A stretch of 64,000 bases of DNA from Octopus vulgaris (GCA_951406725.2 OX597819.1:63302001-63366000), one strand, 5' to 3'. Numbered from the stretch's first letter, positions 27,437-40,003 are shown. A program made the numbers and translations. The notes: generated from the letters alone by a model not told the origin.

Positions 27437-27439
<3 letters not shown>
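27310..27439. repeat. Perfect 130-bp palindrome centred on AAG|CTT
   Basis: Left 65 nt is the exact reverse complement of the right 65 nt, with no spacer. Confidence 0.95.
27373..27423 (+). ncRNA. Type I hammerhead with intact core (identical copy on minus at 27326-27376)
   Basis: AGCTTC CTGATGA T TTC TTTT GAA T GAAA CAG ttctagtc CTG TA GAAGCT; helix I 6 bp, helix III 4 bp, GUA site; helix II short with U.U closing pair. Confidence 0.75.
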
Positions 27440-27468
<29 letters not shown>

Positions 27469-27502
27469 TGTATACATATTCTTCGATTCTTTGATTTGTT
27501 AT

Positions 27503-27716
27503 CCTTTTACTTGTTTCAGTTATTTGTCTGCGGCGATGCTGGAGCACCGCCTTTAGTCGGACAAATTGACCCCATGGCTTATTCTCTGTGAGGCTTGTAC
27601 ATATTTTATCGGTGTCCTTTGCTGAACCGCTATGATAAGTGAACGTAAAGACAGCAACATCGGCTGTCAAGCAATGGTGGTGATGGGACAAACACAGACG
27701 CACACATACACGCACA
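27503..27716 (-). mobile_element. SINE family A, 3' half (further fragment at 28336-28377)
   Basis: Colinear with family A 3' region. Confidence 0.8.
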
Positions 27717-27793
<77 letters not shown>

Positions 27794-27864
27794 GCCTGCC
27801 TGTCTGTCTGTCTATCTATTTATATGTATGTGTTCCTGTGTGTGTATGTGTGTGTGTGTGTGTG

Positions 27865-28300
27865 TATTGTGGCCTGGCATATTCATACCTTTGACGAATC
27901 ATGGCTTGTTTCCCTATCTCCCAATACCTCCCAAGTCTTTCTTGTTCTGCACATTCATTCTCTTCTACATCCAGTCGAACATCTTCATTCTCTGCCTTCC
28001 TCTCTCTCTCTTTCCCACCAGTTAAGTCTCCACCATTTAATGCTCCCTTTTGTCATCCTCTCTGAGAAAATCACCAACAAATCTCCACTGTCTCTCTCTC
28101 TCTCTCTTCCATCTTACTCAACACTTTCACATTCATCACCCTCTGTACCCACGATATTCTAAGCATTTTTTTGTATAAAGCCACATTTCTGCAACTTTGA
28201 GTATCTGCTCCATAACTTTGCATATAGTCTAAACTCACCCCCCATACGTTAGAACCGACCAGATGTAGCACTTCAATAGTCTTTTCTTGACTTCCATTCC
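27865..28300 (-). pseudogene. RTE-clade LINE 3' fragment
   Basis: RLLKCYIWSVLTYGGE and KMLRISWVQRVMN.KVL motifs. Confidence 0.75.
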
Positions 28301-28939
28301 AATTCACAAAAATCATATATATATATATATGCATACAACGGGCTTCTTTCAATTTCCGTCTACCAAATCCACTCACCTTCCTTCCAAGCATGGCTGTAAA
28401 CAGCGAAGGTGAGCTAGAACGTTAAACTTAGTTCGCATGCAGAGCAGAATTCGAGGTCAATTTTTGCCAAGCGGCTTGAATATGTGTGTTTAGGCTTCGT
28501 TACTTTGGCAAAAGTCCGGATATTTATTGATCAGACCTAAGATTGCTCTGTTCTCTGATTGACGCCCACACTCTGAAATTTTGTTATTGGAGCTTCCGGC
28601 GCGAATGCCAAGCAATACAGGATGTCCTTTCCTAATTTCTGGCCGAGTGAATTGCATCATGGTGCAGTTTTTCTCACAGACTGCCCAACTCACCCTACTA
28701 TACTGTGTAGTCGACAAAATCAGAAACCAACAATGCGCATGCGCGAAATTAAAAGTATAAATGGCAACAGGTTACCCATCGCACACTTTATATATATGTA
28801 TATATGTGTATATGTATGTATGTATGTAGGTATATATATATATAAATATATATATATTACTCAATATATATACGTACATGCAAACATACATAGACAGGGA
28901 CCATGAGGGAGTATGATAATAAAATAATAAGCAGAGAGT

Positions 28940-29016
<77 letters not shown>

Positions 29017-29496
29017 ACAGATACATAGATAGACAGATAGAAAGATAGAGAGAGAGAAGGAGAGTGAGAAAGACAGAGAAGGAGAGAGAGAAAGAGAGAG
29101 ATAGAGAGCGGGGGAATGAGAGGGATAAAAATACACTTAACAGGAAGTATTTGAGAAAACAATATAAATATCTTATGGAAGTTAACGAAGTAACAGCTGA
29201 GCTTTATTTCATAAACATTATATTGATTTAGAACTTCACATAAAAATACTTACACACACACACTCACACATTCGCACACACACACACACACATTCGCACA
29301 CACACATACGCACACACACACATTCGCACACACACATACATTCACGCACACCAGCACACATACACACACAAAACAAGACGTCGTTGGTATACGTAAAAAT
29401 ACGAACAGAAGCACACACGCATACATGTGCATATACATATACATACACACATAAATGAATATACTTACATACATATACATACATACTTAAATACAT

Positions 29497-29564
<68 letters not shown>

Positions 29565-30531
29565 GCTTACAAACATATCTTTATATATGTATATATATAT
29601 ATATTTATATATGTACATTTATTTATATATTTATTTGTATGTGTGTATATGTGTGAGTGTATCTATGTATATATACATATCTTTATATATGTATGTATGA
29701 CAGTTATCTTTATCTTAACGTATACATAAACCAACATATTCGCATATATAATTCGCTTGAAAATGATAAAAACATGCGCGTAGTACAGTGGCATGAAAGA
29801 CAAGCATTCTTGCGGACAAGAACATAGAAGGAAATATAATACAGTGATGTAACCTTAAATGGAGATTTACACTTATTCTTTTGTATGTATGCATATATAT
29901 GCATACATACAAAAGAATAATTTCTAACAAAGATATACACTTAGAACCACACACAGACATACGTACACACATGCACACATGCACATACGCACAAGAGACA
30001 AGTGTCTCATATTGATATTAATACTTATGGGATTTTAGCTAGTTTTTCATGTAGCCATACACACGTACACACGAAGCTGTTTACAACAAACACAACATCC
30101 AAATATTGATGCACATTCTTATTTTCCTTTGTCGTTTTACATAAAACTATGTTCTCAGACCGATACATGCTCATAAACACAAACACATAAACACGAATAC
30201 TCACTCACACACACACACAAATTCACATGCACATACAAACTGTAACAACCACATTTGTAAACATGTAAACAAACTATCCACGTTACAATTATTAGTTGAG
30301 CCTTTACAACATATATACAGCGGCGCAATAAATGCATCATTTCAGACATGGTATTATACAAAGGCACATATATTTACATTAACTCAACCGAGGAGATTTT
30401 AAATATAAACAGGAATAAGCAATTTATAGCACAAAATACGCACACTGTTTCAATAGTGCATATATATAATAAATCAAACGTATACACACATACACTCACA
30501 TAGAGCGAGCATGACAAACATACTTGTAACA

Positions 30532-30586
<55 letters not shown>

Positions 30587-30752
30587 TGTGTACGCATTCA
30601 TATATTCCACGGAATAGCTCATAGAAGAAAAAAGTGTATAGACGGGAAAATTTTTCAAGTGTAAACTGAAGAATGAAACCAATTGTTGTTGTTGCTATTG
30701 CTGTTGTTGTTGCTAAACTTGTTATCTTTGCTGCGTCTAAGGAAATTTCAGA

Positions 30753-30798
<46 letters not shown>

Positions 30799-30846
30799 GT
30801 ATGTATACATATATATATACGTACCTTAGGTACAAGTATTCTACCT

Positions 30847-30882
<36 letters not shown>

Positions 30883-31170
30883 CATGTATGTGTGTAAGTA
30901 AGTATATATGTATGAATGTAGGTATGTAAGTATGCATGTTTGTATGCGTGTGTGTGTATGTACTCATTCTCTTTTGATATTTAACTTTGGATATTTGCAA
31001 TTCTAAATAGAATTCATTCTGGAAACTGGTGTCTATGGATAATACCCCACCCCTTCAAAGAAGCAGAACAAAAACTATAAGTCAAGAAATAAAACAGGTA
31101 TGTGTGTATGCACACAAAGGCATACACACATACACAAGTCTACAAGCATATACATGTATTTAAATGCATA

Positions 31171-31238
<68 letters not shown>

Positions 31239-31460
31239 CATAAATACATGAACACAGAAACATGTCTGTGTGTGTACATATATATATATATATAAGTATG
31301 CTTGTGCATGTGTATGTTTGGATGATTGTGTGTATGTATCAATACGTTGTCTTTTTCTCTAGCGAGAAACATAGGCACTAAAGTCAAACCATGTTAAAAG
31401 ACCTACGCAAAGCAATTGAAACCAATTGAATGGCAATTTCGACGTTTGTGCGTGCATATC

Positions 31461-31491
<31 letters not shown>

Positions 31492-33034
31492 GCGGGCGCG
31501 CTGGCGTGTGTGGTAGCGTGTGGTTGTGTGCGTGTGTTGTCTGTGAGTGTCTGGGTGTGCGTGTGTGTATTTATTTAGATTTCTATTCTCTTGGTTTACT
31601 CCTGTGTTGCTAATATACATAGTCGCTTGCACCCAAATACAATACTGCACAAGACACACACACACACGCACATGCATACACCCACACATATGCAGACATA
31701 CATACATACATGCATACGTACACATACGTAAACACACACACATATATATATATGTATATACTTATATATATATATATATACATACATATATATATGTATG
31801 TGTATATATATGTATATAAATGTATGTACATATATACATGCACACACACGCACATACCCACACAGATATATGCATACACTTTAATCTATGTGTTGGTGTG
31901 TGTGTGTGTGTGCGTGCGTGCATGCTATTTTTTTTTAATGTCTAACCATTATCTACGTATATGTATGGACGTGTACACGTGGAAATTTCCTTTCTTTGTC
32001 TCACTCTCTTTTATGTTCGTTTTCTTCTCTTGGTTCTGGAATACCGGAAACTGTTTTATTTTCTCTTATTCGCATAAATCACGAGAAACTTGAAGATAAT
32101 TCAACGCTGAATCTATCATTTATAATGGCTGTTTGATTTCTTTTCATTTTATTTCTCTTGTGTTGATCAACATGTTGTTGCTACACAGAATTAGTTTCGT
32201 CAAAACTGTATATATATATGTATATATATAAATGTTAGGCTAGCGCTATAGCAAGAATTTTCGAAATATCTAAGAAAATTGTCGAGTGGAAGTTTAATAG
32301 AATTATGTCTAAGTTTGTGAGAAAAGGGTTGGCTTTTAAATTTTGATGTAGGTGCATAGCATTCATTCAGGTTTTCTATTTTCCTACTACTTAAGCGAAA
32401 AAAGCAGAAATATGTGCAGTTTCTGATACACTTCATAATATAGCTGTACGTAACAGCTGCTTCATTATTATTACCGTTACTTATCAAACAAACGACAGAT
32501 CCTTAATAGAAATAGTTCCTTTATTTCAAAATATTGGATAACTTAGCACTGTAGCCTGATATACAAGCTAACAGAACAGTTACGATTTAAACTAATTAGT
32601 TCATTTCCCTTTTCATCAAAATGGACTTGGCCGAATTCAGAAAAGTAAAAATTGCATTTATTCTTTTCCTTTAATAAAATGAGAAATGCAAATAAAAGAT
32701 AGTGTGAACTTGTACTCAGGACATAAAAGTTTCTAACTCAACATTGTAGAAAAAATTCCCATGATTAAGTTGTTAGTGCATTAGATCAACCAGTATTTCA
32801 TAGGTAAATTTTAATTTTATGAGTAGGATTAACATCGAAAATTAACTCGGTAAGATTTGAAGTGAAAGTATTACATACAGGAAGAAGCACCATTTTCATG
32901 GGGTCCGTGAATTGATGCAGCAGGTTTTAAACAAACTCAACAAATAAAAAAGAAACAAAATCAAAATTGCAAAGGAATTCAAGATTGGGGAAAATATAAA
33001 CTTGAAAAGAGAAACTGTCATTTTCGGCTTTATA

Positions 33035-33404
33035 CAGGGTGATTCAAAAGTCGCCATATATAGGAACAAGTTATCTTTTTATGAGAAACAATTTATAAGA
33101 AAAGGTTTATTTTTTTTATTTAACAGTCTCTATATGGTTACCATTGTTTTGAATACACAATGCAATGCGTTTACCCCCACTCATTGTGAACTCGTAATAG
33201 CACACCTGGTGATACGTGTGGAAATGATCTGGTGATGCGTTCCTTCAAATGATTTGTGTATTTTATCTTTCTGCGATACACCGTGCCTTTCAAATGCTCC
33301 CTAAGATAGAAATCAAGAAGGGTCAGATCAGGGGACTAGAGAATCTTAAAAACTGTTTCTTTTAAAAAAAAATTCTTATGTATGGAGATTTTTAAATCAT
33401 CCTG
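33035..33404 (-). mobile_element. Internally deleted Tc1/mariner-superfamily element (MITE-like)
   Basis: TIRs CAGGGTGATTCAAAAGTCGCCATA / TATGGAGATTTTTAAATCATCCTG flanked by TA; internal SPDLTLLDFYL..HLK..VY remnant. Confidence 0.8.
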
Positions 33405-34323
33405 TATATATACTATGAATGTAGAATTATATCGGCTAAAGAAATAAAAATCCAAGCAAAAAAATTAATCGGGTCAAGCTGCCTAAATGAAAAAAAAAAG
33501 AGAAAGTCTAACTATCAAGTTACGCAAATGTTGACAATTGTGTGAATTAGAAATTATCGATATTCCGTTTTTTTGTTTTTTTTGTTTTTTGTAAGTTGAA
33601 GGAAGAAACTGATCAATGATGCGAGAACTGTAAATCAGAATTTTATATCTCAACGGATCACATTATAACACATGTTTTAAAAACAGCAAACATCGAAAAG
33701 CGCTTACATGGGTGGGGGGTGGGGGGAATCCTCTGTCTACAAGGTCTGCGTTAATCTGTAGTTTTTAAAGAAAATTACAAATAATTTTTAATGAAGAAAG
33801 ATCGGTTCAATCTTGTTTGAAATACATACAAATCTTTTCACACATGTTATCCAAAAATTTGTAATCCCTTTTTAATATCAGCAATTTCACTTAGGCTGTT
33901 TTCTGTTGTACTTAAACCGCTTCACGCTGATTTAGCTGCTGCTGCTGTGATTGTTAATAGAAATCAATTATTTTTATAATAATCCAGCGATGCTTGTCAA
34001 TGATATGTATGTTGAAATCCCGAGGTGCACAAGAAATGACATGGCTTAAGGGACAATACATTTAATGCGTTATCTATTTAAAACACATTACCTTAATTAA
34101 AGAAGAGACGTAATTGAAATATAATATGACATTACTATATACATTAAAAGTAAATAATATATTGATGCGGGTATTTCAGTTGAGGCGCTATAATCACTGC
34201 GATATTTAATAATTGATGGATAATTAAAATATAAGAGTATAAAATTATTGGAAAACACATCGAAGGTAATTGAAGTGCAATAATAATGCTAATAATAAAA
34301 ACAACAACAAAAACAACAACAAC

Positions 34324-34375
<52 letters not shown>

Positions 34376-34615
34376 ATATATATATAATATACAGAAAATT
34401 GCACTACTAGTCACACTAGGTAGTTTCTAAATGACATAAAGAAATTTTTTAATTTGTGGTTACATGTTAGAAAAATTTCAGTGTGCTTGATTTCATTGCA
34501 TAATACTGTGTCTATAGATTCTTCCAAACAAAGGTTAAACTCTTTTGAAAAGACTTTATTTGGGTATGCATTTTTTGTTACTGACCAAGTCATGCTATAT
34601 TGTATTATTTTTCAG

Positions 34616-34633
34616 TTTGAGGTCCCATATCAG
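34616..34633 (+). other. Candidate 18-nt microexon (FEVPYQ in phase 0)
   Basis: TACTGAC branch point 34579-34585, TATTATTTTTCAG acceptor, CAG|GTGAGC donor. Confidence 0.4.
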
Positions 34634-35023
34634 GTGAGCGAGTAATATTCACTGTTTTTCCAGATGTTCCTAAATGATGCATTACAGTTCCTTGAGCGAT
34701 TCACCTATACATGCATATACATATTCTAGTAGTACAATTGTATACAATGTTTCTACGTAAAATCTCATTTTCCAGTGGGCATATTGTCTTAATTCTTCAA
34801 TTACATTTATAATATTATTATTGGTTAACCAGGTATCCCTTTTCATGCCTTTTTCTTAGTGCCATTATTGTTGTTATTGCTAGTATTTTTATATTCATTG
34901 TTCTCATTGCCGTGATTCTGTTATTGTTATCATTAGCGCTTACAACATTCTGAATTTTTATTCAGCCTGTCTACAACACTCTAACCAGTCAAACAAACCT
35001 TCAAATATAGAAGTGAAAAACAT

Positions 35024-35800
35024 CATATCTTGTCTGCTCTTGCAGAATCTCCCCATGACAGTTTCTCAGTAGCCTTTCCAGAGGTTAAGCTAATGGCTGC
35101 TACCGTTGGCGACACGACCAGGTCCTGGGGCCGGTTGCGGATGTGATATCAACAAATATTCAGCGCAAGAAAGAATGTATCATTTTTTGAGAGCCAGAGA
35201 AATGTTCACTTCATGGGAAATCCAACGACTAACTTGAATGCTTTCATCCGCTTTAGACTAGCGGATGAGAGTGGATCTCGCGGAACAGTTAAAGTTCCAA
35301 GACTGTATCATACCAACAACAATCCGCTCGGTAATAGTGAACTCAAATTTAAAAAAAAACGGGTGATCATATGGAAACTGACTGTGCCTTGGTAGGAACA
35401 ATTAACGTCATCTTATGACAGGAAGCTAGCCAAATTCCGAGAGCTGGTGGAGCGGTGTATGACTCGTGGGTGACAGGCATGTTGCGAGCCAATAGAAGTG
35501 GGTTGTCGAGATTTTGGGGTGGGGTGTTTATTCTGCAAAAGTCTGACTGATCTTGGAGTTACTAGTGCAACAATAAGAGGGCTATAAATTTCATTACCGA
35601 AGTGAAAGAGAAGGCCACTTGAAGGCTTGGAATAAAGAGGGCAGACCAGTTGCCTGCAGCTATTTTGATGCAAACCGGGCTTGATCATCACGGACTGGTT
35701 TACCTGGGCGATGGGATCTATTGTTGAAAGCCCCGAAAACCTATTAAACCTATTGAGACTATAGAAACCTTACTGACGACGCATTCCAGAACATTCCTAA
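35024..35800 (+). mobile_element. HERO-like RLE non-LTR retrotransposon 3' fragment
   Basis: RWRHDQVL, VIIW(K)LTVPW and KLAKFRELVERC..G*.ACCEPIEVGCR motifs, followed by a 3'UTR. Confidence 0.75.
35713..35787 (+). ncRNA. Degenerate non-circularly permuted hammerhead-like motif in the HERO-like 3'UTR
   Basis: GGGA TC TATTGT tgaaa GCCCC GAAA ACC..linker..ACCTTA CTGACGA C GC; strand order is cleavage strand, GAAA strand, CUGANGA strand. Confidence 0.45.
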
Positions 35801-36180
35801 CGTGCATCTGTAAACCTAACCATAGTGATTGCTATTTGATACTTTTAGTAATTCTCAGCGTCCAATATATTGGACTCATTTTACTTTTTTTACTCTTTTA
35901 CTTGTTTCAGACATTTGACTAAGGCTATGCTGGAGCACCGATTTTAGTCTAGCTAATCGACCCCAGGACTTATATTTTGTAATCCTGGTACTTATTCTAT
36001 CGGTCTCTTTTTGGGGGACAAACACAGACACACACACGTATATATATATATATATATATATATTTATTTGTATTGCTTTTACGTCCTGTTCTTGTCTAAT
36101 TTTTTTTCTTTCCTTGTTTTTACCCCTCTGCAAAGGAATTGTATTTAATTCTTTTGCAGGAAGGATTGTTTCGGTGGGTC

Positions 36181-36241
36181 GTGTTCTGTCCTTACCTTCG
36201 AAACACATATGGAGTCGAACCAGGGACAGATGATGAAGGGG
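36181..36241 (+). ncRNA. Permuted (pseudoknotted) hammerhead candidate, copy 1
   Basis: GTGT T CTGTCCTT A CCTTC GAAA CAC [15 nt] AGGGACAG (a)TGATGA A GGGG; helix I 8 bp, helix III 4 bp; C3 mutated. Confidence 0.6.
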
Positions 36242-36365
36242 AATATTCCTTGTATTGTTTGTCTTGTACTCTGTTTTTTTTGTTGTTAAATAAAAGTCCG
36301 TTTCCATGTTTGTTTTCATGCTTTCGTTTCTCGTTGAGTTCTACGTCTATTTGTGGTGTCCTGTA

Positions 36366-36402
<37 letters not shown>

Positions 36403-37011
36403 GTATATATACACGTAGATGTAGGTACGTACATATATGTATGTATGTATGCATATATTTTATTTATTAAATTATTGTATGACTGAGCGCCCTCACGTCG
36501 TTTCGTTTCGTTCCTTTCCTTTTCTCCAAGTAAGTTTTTATTTATAATTATGACGCGAAACTCTGTAACCCTTTGCTTGACCTTTCCTTCCTTCCTGTCT
36601 GTCTTCCTCTTTGCCTGTCTCTCTCCTTCTTAGTTTTCACCCTTTCTGGTTTCCTTTCCTCTCTATCTCTCTCTCTCACTCCTCCGCATCTCTCTCACTG
36701 CTGAGTCCACCAACCTCCTTCCACTCGCTGCCTTCTACAAGCCAAAATGGCTTTTTCCTTGCGCTCTGAATTTTTCCATCGTCTAGGCTTAAAAAAAGGC
36801 CCTCAATGTTGGTTTCCTTGTCCTGTTTTTATTCTTTATGTGTACTGTATTTTTAATATTGTATTTTATTTTGTATTTGGATTTTATTTGTTTTTTTATT
36901 TGTATTGCTTTTACGTCCTGTTCTTGTCTCATTTCTTTTCTTTCCTTGTTTTTACCCCTCTGCAAAGGAATTTTATTTAATTCTTTCGCAGGAAGACTGG
37001 TTCGGCGGGTC

Positions 37012-37072
37012 GTGTTCTGTACTTACCTTCGAAACACATATGGAGTCGAACCAGGGACAGCTGACGAAGGGG
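37012..37072 (+). ncRNA. Permuted (pseudoknotted) hammerhead candidate, copy 2
   Basis: Same layout with intact CTGACGA and one mismatch in helix I. Confidence 0.6.
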
Positions 37073-37957
37073 AATATTCCTTGTATTGTTTGTCTTTTAC
37101 TCTGTTTTTTCGTTGTTAAAAAAAATTCCGTTTCCATGTTTGTTTTTATGTTTTCGTTTTTCGTTGAGTTCTACGTCTATTTGTGGTGTCCTGTACTCAT
37201 ATATATATATATATATATATGCATGTATATATACACGTAGATGTAGGTACGTACATATATGTATGTATGTATGCATATATTTTATTTATTCAATTATATA
37301 TATGTATACAACGGGCTTCTTTCAGTTTCCGTTTATCAAAACCACTCACAAGGCTTTGGGTAGCCCGAGGCTATAGTAGAAGACACTTGCCCAAGGTGTC
37401 ACACAGAGGGACTAAACCCGGAACCATGTGGTTGGTAAGCAAGCTACTTACCACACATGAAGATTTTTTTCTTAATATATAGTAATCTCATTATACTGAA
37501 CTGAAACATGAGTTTCATGCATCAGCAACGATATTTGACCTGATTTGGCCTAAATGCTTACTTCAGTAATCAAACTGGCATGGATCTTATCCAATCTCAG
37601 AAATATAGATCTTAACTACTAACCTTCTAGGGTCGCCTAGAACTCGACCCGTTCTCCTCAATAAAGGTTATACATTGATTCTCATTCGGGACTAATAGGA
37701 TGAATATTATGACAGTATTAGCAGCCGCGTAACGCACAAGATATTCATTTAATATTATTTTGAGTGATGACAAAAATCAAATCCGGTTTTTAAATCACCA
37801 AATCCCAGGAGTATATTATCTTACACTTATCCATTAGTTGAAAGCATCACCGAGCAAGAACGCACTTTCTTTTTGTTACATGCTGCGTCCACTGCATTTA
37901 ATTGGGCTGGCTGATGTCTTAGATTTTTATTTCCAGCCTTTGTAAATGTTCAAATGT

Positions 37958-38050
37958 TTCTTCTTCTTCTTCTTCTTCTTCTTCTTCTTCTTCTTCTTCT
38001 TCTTCTTCTTCTTCTTCTTCTTCTTCTTCTTCTTCTTCTTCTTCTTCTTC
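37958..38050. repeat. (TTC)n microsatellite
   Basis: Direct observation. Confidence 0.95.
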
Positions 38051-38314
38051 CAATCAGGACTCACGCCATTAGCCCCAAAGAATAGTTTCTAATTCGAGCC
38101 TACTCTAAGCTACTAAGAATGCGTGTGGCAACTTGAAGATCCACGCACCACAGGCGATAGACTGGCTGTTGCCAAGGGCGCGAAAGCTACGTTATTATCC
38201 TCATTTCGTAAACGGTGGCTTTTAACGGCTGGCGAGCTGAACCATCCTGGGGTACAGAGGATTCTCAATCTAGACTAGGGTCTGAAAGTTTATCACACCA
38301 TAGTTGGCTACACC

Positions 38315-38542
38315 ATGTTTCCTCTGCTTTGTGCAGAAGTAGGAAGAAAGAGTGAGAGAAAGTTGTGGTGAAAGAGTACAGCGGGGTTCACCACCACCAC
38401 CACCACTATCACCCCGCCGGAGCCTCCTGGGTCGTAAGGGTTTTTGCTTAATAAAAACTCACATTGCCCGGTCTGGGAATCGAAACCGCGTTCTTACGAC
38501 CGCGAGTCCGCTGCACTAACTACTGGGCCATTACTCCTCCAC
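38315..38542 (-). mobile_element. tRNA-derived SINE (family C)
   Basis: A box TGGCCCAGTAG and B box GGTTTCGATTCC on minus, followed by a non-tRNA body. Confidence 0.65.
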
Positions 38543-39259
38543 TAGTGTTGTTGCTGCTCTTGCTATTGTGGCCGTTTTATTCTTGCTGCTGCTGTTAATG
38601 ATATATTTTCATTTCACTTCGAAACAATTCAAAAATCAATTTTATAAGGTTTTCAGTGTGCAATTTCTCTGTGCCTTTAATTATCGCTTTCGTTTCTTTT
38701 TTCTAAATTTTATTTTGATAATTTAGAACGTAATTTCGGAGAGAAAGTCTTTATGTTACAGTTACAATTATGAAAAATAGCATTTCACTAAAATTTTGGG
38801 CAACTGTCTTTCAAAAGCAAGGAAATATTTGAAATAACTGTTCATCATAAAATGGCAGCAGTTTCTTCTACCCCAGGTAATGGTGTACACGTCGAATGCA
38901 CGTCTAAAGCACGTGGAATGTTCTTAATTATCAAAATAAATTTAAGTGAATTTCCTAATTTAACCCAGGAAATAAATATCTTCTTATTTGGGTTGTGCAA
39001 CGTGATATTTGTCATCATCATCGTCATCATCATTATTAGCAGTATCAGCAGCAGCAGCAGCAGCAGCAGCTACAATGACATCAGCATCAGCAACATCACC
39101 AGCATCTGCAGTAACAACAATATCAACAACTTTACAATTGTTAACAATTGTAATGATGAAAATAATGCCGATGTTGATTGTAAAAATAATAATTATTAAT
39201 AATAATATAACAATAATGATAAAAATAACCATAATAATAGAAAAATAAAATAATAAAGA

Positions 39260-39352
<93 letters not shown>

Positions 39353-39868
39353 GGATAATAATAATAATAATAAGGATAATAATAATAGTAATATATTAAT
39401 TAGGTCATGTTGAAACGTGCGCTAATCGCAGATACAATTGCATTATGAAAATAAAAACATGCTAATGTGACAAAAATATTAAAATATAAAACGTTAGGCC
39501 CATATTTCTCGTACACCCTTAAACACACACGAACGCAGAAACTTACATGTACTTACACATACTTGTACGTGTCTGTGTGTAGATATACACGCATATATCG
39601 AGGCATTCACTTACACGCATACGCAAGCGTACGCACTTCGCCGAAATCCACATTTAATTTTAAAATAAATATAACGCCTGTAAGTTTAAAAATCAATTAA
39701 AAATAATGTTTATTAATTTTTAATCATACATTCCTCTACAGGCACATATAAACACACTAAAGCTAACGCAAATTCAAATTTACACAGAAACACACATTCA
39801 TACATATGTGTGCGTATATGTGTGTGTATATGTCTGACCATACTTGTATATGCATAAATACATGCAAA

Positions 39869-39913
<45 letters not shown>

Positions 39914-39958
39914 TAAAGACGTACCTGTCTATTATCGTATGCATATATGCCTGCAAAG

Positions 39959-40003
<45 letters not shown>

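Larger units (their letters stand above)
36063..37290 (+). mobile_element. Non-coding element with ~400-bp direct repeats (36063-36468 and 36895-37290), each carrying a hammerhead-like motif; retrozyme/PLE-like
   Basis: Two closely similar repeats 831 nt apart; no credible ORF; inserted in (TA)n. Confidence 0.75.
35878..37457 (-). mobile_element. SINE family A split by a 1.2-kb insertion (3' part 35878-36040; 5' half 37309-37457)
   Basis: Halves in register on either side of the direct-repeat element. Confidence 0.75.

Noticed and set aside
36194-36241. Conventional type II or type III hammerhead reading (cleavage at GTC)
   Set aside because: Helix I cannot form between GAACC and GGACAG, and no GAAA follows the downstream hairpin; only the permuted reading closes helices I and III.
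38845-39248. Poly-A/S/N ORFs
   Set aside because: (CAG)n, (CAT)n and (AAT)n low-complexity sequence without convincing splice signals.
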